From NCBI GenBank assembly GCA_041649675.1, contig JBAZMQ010000002.1, forward strand, positions 1,920-65,919: 64,000 nucleotides of DNA. The letters run 5' to 3'. The DNA comes from Patescibacteria group bacterium (GTDB lineage: Bacteria > Patescibacteriota > Patescibacteriia > Buchananbacterales > UBA6539). The translations under genes and the position numbers were made by a program. A model generated the notes under the pieces. The model worked only from the letters and a program-made list of their open reading frames with translations, searched no databases and was not told where the DNA came from. Within the stretch, counting starts at the first letter, position 1. Every line of letters begins with the position of its first letter. Positions 33,365-41,545 of this stretch are shown here, piece after piece.

Positions 33365-33574
33365 GAACTTCACAAGACTGGTCAAAGGTTTTGGCTTAAG
33401 TTCAGCCGGCCGTGTCAGTAATCCGGGCGGGAAAGACATAAAAGAAATACATCTTATCGCCCAATTAACTGCTTTTGACCTTTTTGGGCTCGCAGATTAT
33501 AGCTTAAAGCTAAAATCAATTTAGATACCCTACTAAAATAGTTTGTCCCAAAACTTTAACCATCGGTGAAGTTC
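33365..33574 (-). ncRNA. ~210-nt structured non-coding RNA, possibly a 6S-like RNA
   Basis: Promoter TTGACC-N17-TAAAAT (33581-33609); closing stems GAACTTCAC/GTGAAGTTC and GGTTAAAGTTTTGG/CCAAAACCTTTGACC; long inner hairpin; terminator at 33321-33350. Confidence 0.6.
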
Positions 33575-33608
33575 ATTTTTATTTTAACATTTAACCAATT
33601 TTTGGTCA

Positions 33609-33641
33609 AAAAAAGAAGCCCAAAAGGAAACCTTTTGGGCT
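33609..33641 (-). terminator. Intrinsic terminator of the aromatic cassette
   Basis: AGCCCAAAAGG/CCTTTTGGGCT hairpin followed by a U-rich tail. Confidence 0.8.
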
Positions 33642-33672
33642 GATTAAAAACGACTGAATCAAAGATCAAGAT

Positions 33673-34794
33673 CTAGGCCTGTTGGCCTCTGTGAGCATTG
33701 TGCTCAGTAATCATGGTAATCAGTTCCGGCACTCGCTCAAGCGGGATTGCCTGATCCTTGTCGCACAAAGCCTCTGCCGGCTTAACGTGAGTTTCAACCA
33801 TGACCACGTCGGGCGAATGCTTTAAGCCGTTCTGTAAATCCTCAAAGACCAGGTCTACCCGACCGGCCATATGAGAAGGGTCAAGACAAACCGGTGCCCA
33901 AGAACGACTGTGCAGCTCGTTGATCCAGGAAAAATTCGGATAGAACCGATGCGGATCATGAGTGTCGACCTTTCTTAAACCGCGAACACAAAAGATGATC
34001 TTTTGGTTGCCCGAAGGAGCACTCTTCTCGGGATCCAATCTCCCATCCTCGTCCCAAAACATCGGACCGTACAAAACCCACCCGGCCAAATCCATGAGTT
34101 CGTCAATTCGCGTCATCGTGAGGCCATGCTTGATCATAACGACAAACTCTTTCTGAAGACCAAGAGCCTCCAGCAAGCAATAGTTCTGGGTTCGGGCTCC
34201 AACCCAAAGGACTATGTCGCCTCTGTAGCTTGTACGATCACGGCACCGGCGGACAATTTCGATATCCGGACTTTCCATCACCTCCATCCAAACTGATCTC
34301 ACGTCATTGGCCGCTGCCGCCCGTAAAAAGTTTTCCAAGCCGGCCTCACCAAAACCCCGAAAACCTTCGGCCTTAGAACGCGGCTTTTTCCAGCCACCCC
34401 GAAGATCTTGGACTCCCAATTTGACCAAACCTTGAACTGTTAAACCAATGTGCTTATCAATGGCACATTGACCGGCAACCAAACGACACGGCTGGCCGGG
34501 ACCAATTAATGACCCACCAACCTCAATGAGATGATGATCACCGCCATTACGCAAGGGACTGACCTGAGACGGCGAAACCCGCAGCACCCGTTCCACGCCA
34601 TCCATCTGGAAAACGTGTTCGGGAATACTGTTGGCCTGCGCCTTACCATCTTTGAGATGGATTAAAACGGCGATAAAATGGACACCAGCCTCAGCTTGAA
34701 CTTGTGGACTAAGGCCGTAGAGAATAGCCTTTTGAACAATGGCTTCGACCCGCGAATCAGTTGCCTGAACGCCGGTAATCATTTGGATAATCAT
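33673..34794 (-). CDS. aroF: Divergent type I-beta DAHP synthase with N-terminal ACT-like domain
   Basis: AGQC, RGGWKKPRS, VGART, DPSH, VETH, CDKDQ align to Thermotoga-type DAH7PS motifs; GGAGG SD. Confidence 0.85.
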   Translation of the reverse strand: MIIQMITGVQATDSRVEAIVQKAILYGLSPQVQAEAGVHFIAVLIHLKDGKAQANSIPEHVFQMDGVERVLRVSPSQVSPLRNGGDHHLIEVGGSLIGPGQPCRLVAGQCAIDKHIGLTVQGLVKLGVQDLRGGWKKPRSKAEGFRGFGEAGLENFLRAAAANDVRSVWMEVMESPDIEIVRRCRDRTSYRGDIVLWVGARTQNYCLLEALGLQKEFVVMIKHGLTMTRIDELMDLAGWVLYGPMFWDEDGRLDPEKSAPSGNQKIIFCVRGLRKVDTHDPHRFYPNFSWINELHSRSWAPVCLDPSHMAGRVDLVFEDLQNGLKHSPDVVMVETHVKPAEALCDKDQAIPLERVPELITMITEHNAHRGQQA

Positions 34795-34843
34795 GATACT
34801 CTTCCTCCATTACTTCGTTTCTGCCTTTTGTTTATTCTTCGCA

Positions 34844-36052
34844 CTAGTCCCTGTTCCGAATAATCGGGTAGGAACCAATCACAACAACATTAATCGCAAT
34901 CTTCTTTAGCGCCCAAATCGCTAAGCGTAGCCGCCGACTTTTTTTAATGTGTCCGGCCGCATCGATAAAGAAGACATAGTCACCGAGTTGCTTCTTGGCT
35001 GTCCAAGAAACAATCATTCCCAGGTTCACACCTAAAAGCCAAAAGGGCAATAGCGACCACATCAAACCGCCCGGCTTGTTTGGCGCTTTGAAAAAAATCG
35101 TGGTTTGATCATTACCATTGGGTTTAGGTGCATCTGCACCCAGAATTAAAAACCGTGTGACATTTGTACTGGCTGGCAAATCACCGATATCGGCTAGAAT
35201 GACTTCAAGTCTATCATACTCAGTTGCGGCTTCAGGTGAAGCAATGGCCGCAAGATCATTTTGATCAGATTCGGCAACCATTTTAGCCGCTGCCGCCGTA
35301 CTGGGTGCGTCAATAATTTCCCACTCAGGATGTTGAGCCAAAATTCTTTCGCACTGCCCGCGAGGCTGATGGTGAGTAACTACCGACTTGATATCTTCTA
35401 AGCACGCGCCGGCTTTGCCAAGCAACATGTGCTTAATTGGAATTTCAACTTGGCAAACAATTCGCAATCGTAAATTAGTCGCGGCATTGACAACAAAGAA
35501 ATTCACAGTCGGATAGACAAAAGCGCCGGCGGCATTTTCAAACGGTGCCACAATCATCTCGATTAAACCTTGACCAAAGGCTTCAAGCAATTCCGGAATC
35601 GATGTGTATAGCACCAATTCATAATCATTCGGCTCCAGACCTTTGTAAGCGAAATAGCGCCTAGCGGCACTAACTGAAAAGGTACCAGCCGGCCCTAAGC
35701 AACCAAGCTTTATTTTTTGCGTTTGCATTACTGTTTCTCCCGTAAATTCCTGTTTTGACTTATCGTCAACCGAAGGTAATGGTACTTCCGGCCTTAACTT
35801 ACAAACAATTCCTAAGACCACCTGGCCCCAAAAATCAAAGGGACACTCCCCTTTGCCGCGTGGATGAACATAGACGCAACCGACGTCAACGCAACCGCCC
35901 TTCAACCGAGACTTACTTCGTAACTGACAGTGAGTCAGGTAAGGTACCAAGCCAATCCATACAAATTCAATCACTTGTACGGTTTGACGAGGACAGACTA
36001 TCTCTTGCGTCGAGCCAGGCCTTATTTCGTCAATACTGACTACTCTTGCCAT
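34844..36052 (-). CDS. pheA: Prephenate dehydratase (PDT + ACT); PDT domain starts at ATG 35728, preceded in frame by a 108-aa unknown segment
   Basis: LGPAGTFS, PFEN, STAAAA, NVTRF catalytic motif, NKPGGL ACT domain. Confidence 0.9.
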   Translation of the reverse strand: MARVVSIDEIRPGSTQEIVCPRQTVQVIEFVWIGLVPYLTHCQLRSKSRLKGGCVDVGCVYVHPRGKGECPFDFWGQVVLGIVCKLRPEVPLPSVDDKSKQEFTGETVMQTQKIKLGCLGPAGTFSVSAARRYFAYKGLEPNDYELVLYTSIPELLEAFGQGLIEMIVAPFENAAGAFVYPTVNFFVVNAATNLRLRIVCQVEIPIKHMLLGKAGACLEDIKSVVTHHQPRGQCERILAQHPEWEIIDAPSTAAAAKMVAESDQNDLAAIASPEAATEYDRLEVILADIGDLPASTNVTRFLILGADAPKPNGNDQTTIFFKAPNKPGGLMWSLLPFWLLGVNLGMIVSWTAKKQLGDYVFFIDAAGHIKKSRRLRLAIWALKKIAINVVVIGSYPIIRNRD

Positions 36053-36154
36053 AACCGTATCCTTTTTTAAGTTGTAATGAACCTCATGAGCAATCCTCCT
36101 TACTACCCAATTTCTAACCCCAAAATAATCAGGGACAAATATTGAGTAATAAAC

Positions 36155-36340
36155 AAAAAAACTGACCCTTAATTGGTAATCAGTTGATTGCTTGTTTTGA
36201 GTTTTTTGCCCTATTTTTTTGCTATACCCAAACCAACTGACTACCGGTCAGTAAAATAGAAACCGAAATAATACCAGTTGTTGGTTTGCAATCTTGTCAT
36301 AGGATATTTGTAGATTAACGTAATTCTTCAAATTTGTCAA
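36155..36340 (-). promoter_or_regulatory. Aromatic amino-acid transcription attenuator with promoter
   Basis: TTGACA-N17-TAATCT; 1:2 hairpin ACTGAC/GTCAGT; antiterminator TAGTCAGTTGG/CAACTGATTA; terminator AACTGA..TCAGTT+U run. Confidence 0.88.
36241..36300 (-). CDS. Leader peptide MTRLQTNNWYYFGFYFTDR (Trp/Tyr/Phe-rich)
   Basis: 7 of 8 consecutive codons aromatic, upstream of pheA-aroF. Confidence 0.9.
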   Translation of the reverse strand: MTRLQTNNWYYFGFYFTDR

Positions 36341-36374
36341 ATATCCAATAAAAAGAAGCCCTAAATCATTTGAC

Positions 36375-37127
36375 TTAGGGCTTTTGGGCTAGAAAAGTGG
36401 TTCCGGGAGTACGGCCAGGGCCAAGGATCTTAGTGATGACATTTGGCTTACTGCCTTTGGCCAGATGAACGGTAATACCGGCCCTGGTAGCTTTTTCAGC
36501 GGCGATAAGCTTACTACCCATACCATTACGGTTAGAAACTTTCACACCTTCCACGCCGGCTAAGGCCTTGATGGCATCGTCAATTACCGGAACAATCGAA
36601 ATTACTTTGAGCTTACGGTTCTGAAGTCCATCAACGTCGGAAAGTAAAATCAACTTACTGGCGCCAATACCAATGGCAACAATCGCGGCCAAAGCATCGT
36701 TATCTCCCTGATGCTCCATCGCCTTAATTTCCAAAGCGGAAACCGAATCATTCTCGTTAAGAACCGGAACAATTCCGATTTCCAGTTCCCGCCGAATTAA
36801 AGCAATTGTCTTTGGGTGTTTGAAGTCTTGATGTGTCCCCTGTATCTGACTGGCAATCAACCCCCGTTTGCGAAAAGCTTCAATCCAATAAGCCATCAGC
36901 TTTGGTTGGCCAACAGATGCTGCCACCTGTTTATCAATGATTTTTTCTCCGCCCGCGACACCATTACCACAGGCAACCGCGCCTGAAGTCACAATAACGG
37001 GCCAATAGCCTTGCTGACGCAAACTGGCAATCTGTCTGGCTAACGCCCTCAAAATTCTCCTTTTGATCTTGCCGTTTTCGTCCACCAACACATTGGTTCC
37101 AATTTTAATGACCACTATCTTTTCCAA
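36375..37127 (-). CDS. proB: Glutamate 5-kinase without PUA domain (TTG start after AAGGAGG)
   Basis: VIKIGT, VTSGAVACG, ASVGQ, NENDSV, GDNDALAA, GMGSK. Confidence 0.92.
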   Translation of the reverse strand: MEKIVVIKIGTNVLVDENGKIKRRILRALARQIASLRQQGYWPVIVTSGAVACGNGVAGGEKIIDKQVAASVGQPKLMAYWIEAFRKRGLIASQIQGTHQDFKHPKTIALIRRELEIGIVPVLNENDSVSALEIKAMEHQGDNDALAAIVAIGIGASKLILLSDVDGLQNRKLKVISIVPVIDDAIKALAGVEGVKVSNRNGMGSKLIAAEKATRAGITVHLAKGSKPNVITKILGPGRTPGTTFLAQKP

Positions 37128-37156
37128 AAGAGCATCCTCCTTTCGTTTGGTTAAAC

Positions 37157-37305
37157 AAAAAACAGCCCGGAAGTTGGGGCTATTCTCTATCTTTTTATTA
37201 CAGCGCAAAAACCCAACTTCCTAAGGCAAAGTTGGTGGGACTGGTAAAGTTGAGTTAAAGCGTTTGTTCATATCAATATCTTAGCAGATTTAAAAAATTT
37301 GTCAA
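37157..37305 (-). promoter_or_regulatory. Proline transcription attenuator with promoter
   Basis: TTGACA-N16-TAAGAT; CCAACTT/AAGTTGG 1:2; GGAAGTTGGG/CCCAACTTCC antiterminator; TAGCCC..GGGCTG+U6 terminator. Confidence 0.85.
37221..37271 (-). CDS. Leader peptide MNKRFNSTLPVPPTLP (Pro-rich)
   Basis: 4 Pro in the last 7 codons, upstream of proB. Confidence 0.85.
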   Translation of the reverse strand: MNKRFNSTLPVPPTLP

Positions 37306-37360
37306 AAAGAAAAGGATTAAGCAAAGCTTAATCCTTAAAATACAAAGAACACGAACAATC

Positions 37361-38929
37361 TTACTCGGCTTTAACCGTTGGGATCGGCGCATGCGCCAAA
37401 TGGTTTAGAGCGGCTACCATGGCCTGAACGCAAGCCTCAATAATGTCAGTATTAGCACCGCGACCAAAAGCAACCTGGCCATCATGAGCGATTTTGATCA
37501 TCGCCAACCCCAAAGCTTCCACGCCACCAGTGCTTTTACCAACATCAAAGTCTTCCAAAACAACTTCACCGGGCCAGAGATCACCGCGGACTAATGCTGT
37601 CTTAACCGCCTGCCAAACCGATGAGACTGGTCCGTTACCGCTACCACTGGCTTCATATTCAAAACCGTTTCTGCCTAGTAGCACTGTTACCGACCGTACA
37701 TTATCCAACCGATGATACTGGACTCGCTTGACTGTCAACAAATGCTGACTCTGAGCCGATGTGGCCACACAAGCTTCCTGCATCAACATATGTAAGTCAG
37801 CATTGTGAACTAAGGCCTTGGTTTCGGCCAACTGCAGAAAAAGCCGGTAAACTTCGTTTAACAAGTCGCCTTCAGCCTGATAACCAAGTTGATCCAAACG
37901 AGTCTGCAAGCCTTTGCGACCGGAACTGGTGCTAAGCGGAAAAGACTCACCAACCCAACCAACGCTTTGAGGCGGCATGATCTCGTAGGTATTGGCATGC
38001 TTGATCATACCATCCTGGTGAATACCCGAAGAATGGGCAAAAACGTTGCCACCAACCACCGGGGTTGTGGGTGGAATCGGCCGTTTAATAATGGCTGCCA
38101 ACAAGCGTGCCGCTGGCCCAAACTGGGTGCTGTCAATTGGACAATCCAACCGATAATACTCAGCCTGGAGCTGCAACGCCTTTACGAATGGCTCAAAACC
38201 AGTATTACCCGCTCGTTCACCAATACCGCAAATCGTGGTCTCGGCTTGCCGGGCACCATTCATGACCGCTGCCAACGAATTGGCAACAGCTAACGCTAAA
38301 TCATTATGGCAGTGACAAGATAGGATAATCCTCTTTTCTACCACTTCACGTAGCGCTGCGATTTGGGCAAACATCGAACCATACTGTTGAGGTTGAGCAA
38401 ACCCAACGGTATCAGGCAAGTTGATTATACCGGCGCCAGCCTCAATTACTGCTAAAACGATTTCCTTCAAGAAACCAATATCACTGCGGCTGGCGTCTTC
38501 AGCGGAAAACTGCACCTGACCAACATGGGCAAAGCTGCAGGCAAACTTGACCGCCTCAACTGCCCTAGTGATTACCTCGGCCGGCTTCATCTTCAGCTTG
38601 AATTCCATATGCTGCGGACTGGTAGCAATGAAGGTGTGGATGCGACCCGGCTGAATAGCATTCTGCAGCGCTTCAGCCGCACGCGCAATATCTTTTTCAT
38701 TGGCCCGGGCTAATGCTGAAATGCGAGCGCCCTGAACCTGGCCAGCCGCCAGACGCACAGCAGCAAAATCAACGTCCGAAGCAATCGGAAACCCGGCTTC
38801 AATAGTGCAAACTCCCATCTTGGCGAGTTGTATTGCCAAAGTGAGCCGGTCTTCGGCTGACTGGCTGCAACCCGGTGATTGGGCTCCATCTCTACAAGTC
38901 GTATCATGAATCTCAATAACCTTAACCAT
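37361..38929 (-). CDS. leuA: 2-isopropylmalate synthase
   Basis: DTTCRDGAQ, HCHND, GIGERAGN, HSSGIHQDG, C-terminal regulatory domain; Leu leader upstream. Confidence 0.93.
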   Translation of the reverse strand: MVKVIEIHDTTCRDGAQSPGCSQSAEDRLTLAIQLAKMGVCTIEAGFPIASDVDFAAVRLAAGQVQGARISALARANEKDIARAAEALQNAIQPGRIHTFIATSPQHMEFKLKMKPAEVITRAVEAVKFACSFAHVGQVQFSAEDASRSDIGFLKEIVLAVIEAGAGIINLPDTVGFAQPQQYGSMFAQIAALREVVEKRIILSCHCHNDLALAVANSLAAVMNGARQAETTICGIGERAGNTGFEPFVKALQLQAEYYRLDCPIDSTQFGPAARLLAAIIKRPIPPTTPVVGGNVFAHSSGIHQDGMIKHANTYEIMPPQSVGWVGESFPLSTSSGRKGLQTRLDQLGYQAEGDLLNEVYRLFLQLAETKALVHNADLHMLMQEACVATSAQSQHLLTVKRVQYHRLDNVRSVTVLLGRNGFEYEASGSGNGPVSSVWQAVKTALVRGDLWPGEVVLEDFDVGKSTGGVEALGLAMIKIAHDGQVAFGRGANTDIIEACVQAMVAALNHLAHAPIPTVKAE

Positions 38930-39043
38930 GGCGTTTACTCCTTAATGTTTCTGCCTTTTACCTCTGCCAACCGTGGCAAAAGTTTTCTTAACTAACCTAA
39001 ATTGGAAAGGACATGTCTATCCCACAAACAGCGCGAGATAAAC

Positions 39044-39223
39044 AAAAAAGCCTTCCTGAGTGGAAGACTGACTGGTATTTATCTAATGCTATTTTAGCTA
39101 GACACTAGTAAACCTTCCACCCTGGGGCTGGCTTAACAACAACAAACCTAGCAAGAGATTAGATTGGGGAAGGTTATATTTCATAGATAATAATAACTTA
39201 CACTACCGGTTTAATTTTGTCAA
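39044..39223 (-). promoter_or_regulatory. Leucine transcription attenuator with promoter
   Basis: TTGACA-N17-TAAGTT; GTGGAAG/CTTCCAC antiterminator; AGTCTTCC-ACTCA-GGAAGGCT+U run terminator. Confidence 0.9.
39098..39184 (-). CDS. Leader peptide MKYNLPQSNLLLGLLLLSQPQGGRFTSV (Leu-rich)
   Basis: LLLGLLLL run upstream of leuA. Confidence 0.92.
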   Translation of the reverse strand: MKYNLPQSNLLLGLLLLSQPQGGRFTSV

Positions 39224-39305
39224 TAATTATAGCTATTTAGAAAAAACCTATAGCTTCGCTTGGGCAAAGCTATAGGTTAGCAATTAAGGTACAATTCCTC
39301 TTTGG

Positions 39306-39578
39306 TTAGGCTAGGCCGTAGGACTCTAACACCATCTGCCGGTTAATCATCGATGGACCAACAACCGAACCGGTAAAAATCAAAACCTCTGGTCCTTGCA
39401 ATAAGGCCACAACGCGGCAAGAACCGCCAACGCCTCGGTTAAACTCAAGACAATGCTGGTCAGTAGAGCCGTTAACCCTTAACCCACCGCCTGGCCTAAC
39501 TTCAATTCTGACTCCTTCATAGATAGTAGAACTGCCCGGCCCTACCGGCACTCGTTTGGTTGGTAATGGCTTTTCCAT
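39306..39578 (-). CDS. 90-aa orphan protein under valine attenuation
   Basis: AAGGAG SD, own terminator (39241-39278), sole ORF of the cassette. Confidence 0.75.
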   Translation of the reverse strand: MEKPLPTKRVPVGPGSSTIYEGVRIEVRPGGGLRVNGSTDQHCLEFNRGVGGSCRVVALLQGPEVLIFTGSVVGPSMINRQMVLESYGLA

Positions 39579-39626
39579 AGTAATACTCCTTAGTTTGTTC
39601 TGCCTTGTTAATTTGCGGAAATAAAC

Positions 39627-39791
39627 AAAAAACTAGTCCTTTTAGACTAGCTGGCTGTTTTGCTTTCTTGCTACTGCTTAAATACCAAACCACCTAGTCT
39701 TATGACTAGTTACGACTACGACAACGCTCAAGATTTGGCAAGCAATAGATTTCATAAACTCAGCTTAGCAAATTCCAAAAAGACTTGTCAA
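39627..39791 (-). promoter_or_regulatory. Valine transcription attenuator with promoter
   Basis: TTGACA-N18-TAAGCT; CTAGTC-ATAA-GACTAG 1:2; AGACTAG/CTAGTCT antiterminator; CTAGTC..GACTAG+U6 terminator. Confidence 0.87.
39678..39755 (-). CDS. Leader peptide MKSIACQILSVVVVVTSHKTRWFGI (Val-rich)
   Basis: Five consecutive Val codons GTT GTC GTA GTC GTA. Confidence 0.88.
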   Translation of the reverse strand: MKSIACQILSVVVVVTSHKTRWFGI

Positions 39792-39890
39792 ATATTAGCA
39801 ATTCGTATGTGCGTATTCGTAACGCTATTTGCATACTAAAAAAAGACCGACTACTGAGAAACTCAATAGTCGGTTTGAAATCAAAGGACA

Positions 39891-41438
39891 TTACTGGTGG
39901 TGGTTTTGGTTGCAGATGTTAATGGCTGCTTCAGCCGCATAAATTGCCGCCATCACCTGGTCAGTATCCAAGCCAACGGTTTGGAATTCGCCCTCACCAT
40001 TTGGCCCTTTCCAGCGGATATTGGCTTGCACAATAGCCGCATAAGTTCCGCCAGGCGGAATCTTGAGATCGTAGTCAATTAGCTTGGGTACTGAAATCTT
40101 ATGCTGCTTGGCCCACTTGACCAAGGCGTTCATAAAAGCATCAAATCCGCCATCACCATGAGCGGAAATCTCATATTGCCGCTTATAATAAACGATAGTA
40201 GCTGCAGCGGTTGCCCGGCGACCAATCGTTGACTGGGTCGTGGCATGCTCGACTCGAAAAACAATCACGTCAGGCCGATTCAAGACTTCAGCAATAATGT
40301 AAGGCAGGTCAGCAATGGTTACCGGCTTACCTTCATCGCCCAGTTTGGTGACTCTAGTAGAGACAGCATTGATTTCTTCGTCATTCAGAGTCAGGCCAAA
40401 ACGGGCAGCGTTACTGCGAATACTAGCCTTACCGGAAAGTTTGCCAAGAGAATGCTCAACTCTAATGCCTAAACGGCCAGCCGTCAGACATGGATGAACA
40501 TAGAGCCCGGCCTTAAGATCACCATCAACATGGACACCGGCGGTGGTAACGAAAACATTGCCAGCGATTGGTTTGCTCGGCGACACTCGTCGACCAGACA
40601 TCATGGCAACCACTTGGCTAGCCGGGCGAAGGTGAGCTTCTTGCACTCCGGTGCAAAAACCGCGCAGATGATCGGTAATACCCACTACCACCTCATCCAA
40701 AGCCGCGTTGCCGGCTCTTTCGCCTAAGCCATTAACGGTTAAGTGAACACCAGAGATAGCCCCAGTTTTAACCGCCGCCAACGAATTGGCAACAGCCAAA
40801 CCGTAGTCATTGTGACCGTGAAAGTCATAGCGAAGCTTAGGCTGCCAGCGACTAGTTTGAGTGATAAAGTCAGCAACCTGCCAAGGACTTAAAACGCCCA
40901 TGGTGTCACAAAGCATTGCTCGGCTAATCGGCAACTTAGCCAATCCGGCCAAAAGTTTTTTAACATACTGAGGCGAATTAAGCATGCCTTGAGACCAATC
41001 CTCCAGATACACATTAACCATCAAGCCGTGAGAAATAGCATACTTAACCGTTATTTCAATGTCTGCCAGATGCTGCTCTAAACTCTTGCGTAACTGGCCT
41101 TCGCAGTGCTTAAGCGAACCTTTGCACAGCAAGTTCATCACTTTGCCGCCACCACTCCTGATCCAGTCAACCGACTTTTTGCCGTCAACAAAACCAAGCA
41201 CTTCAATTCGATCGGCAAAGCCATGTTTGGTGGCCCACTCCATAACCGTAGCCAGCATCTGCTTTTCACCTTCAGAAACCAAAGCCGATGTCACTTCAAT
41301 ACGATCAACCATTAGTTGGGTTAAGGCATTGATGACATAAGCCAATTTCTGCTTGGGCCGAAAACTGACACCCGGCGTTTGTTCTCCATCACGCAAAGTG
41401 ACGTCAGCAACTTCAATTTGTTTCTCTTTCCTTGACAT
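39891..41438 (-). CDS. cimA: (R)-citramalate synthase, Leptospira/Bacteroidota type
   Basis: DVTLRDGEQTPGVSF, YLEDWS, HGHNDYGL, GDGGFDAF, IPPGG; Ile leader upstream. Confidence 0.9.
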   Translation of the reverse strand: MSRKEKQIEVADVTLRDGEQTPGVSFRPKQKLAYVINALTQLMVDRIEVTSALVSEGEKQMLATVMEWATKHGFADRIEVLGFVDGKKSVDWIRSGGGKVMNLLCKGSLKHCEGQLRKSLEQHLADIEITVKYAISHGLMVNVYLEDWSQGMLNSPQYVKKLLAGLAKLPISRAMLCDTMGVLSPWQVADFITQTSRWQPKLRYDFHGHNDYGLAVANSLAAVKTGAISGVHLTVNGLGERAGNAALDEVVVGITDHLRGFCTGVQEAHLRPASQVVAMMSGRRVSPSKPIAGNVFVTTAGVHVDGDLKAGLYVHPCLTAGRLGIRVEHSLGKLSGKASIRSNAARFGLTLNDEEINAVSTRVTKLGDEGKPVTIADLPYIIAEVLNRPDVIVFRVEHATTQSTIGRRATAAATIVYYKRQYEISAHGDGGFDAFMNALVKWAKQHKISVPKLIDYDLKIPPGGTYAAIVQANIRWKGPNGEGEFQTVGLDTDQVMAAIYAAEAAINICNQNHHQ

Positions 41439-41545
41439 AGACTGCTATCCTCCATGACGCCCTAGCGTCTTGTTTCTGCCTTTTTCCAAATCAATGAATT
41501 GCTAAAGAGCGTCTTACTAAAACTACTGGTTCAAGCAAGACAATC

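Noticed and set aside
33052-33524. Plus-strand ORFs of 74 aa and 110 aa
   Set aside because: They overlap tRNA-Pro, palindromes and the structured RNA antisense.
37128-37208. N-terminal extension of ProB in the ORF track (also the extensions of GlnA, Ndk and MGMT)
   Set aside because: Read-through of upstream regulatory or neighbouring DNA; true starts lie downstream.
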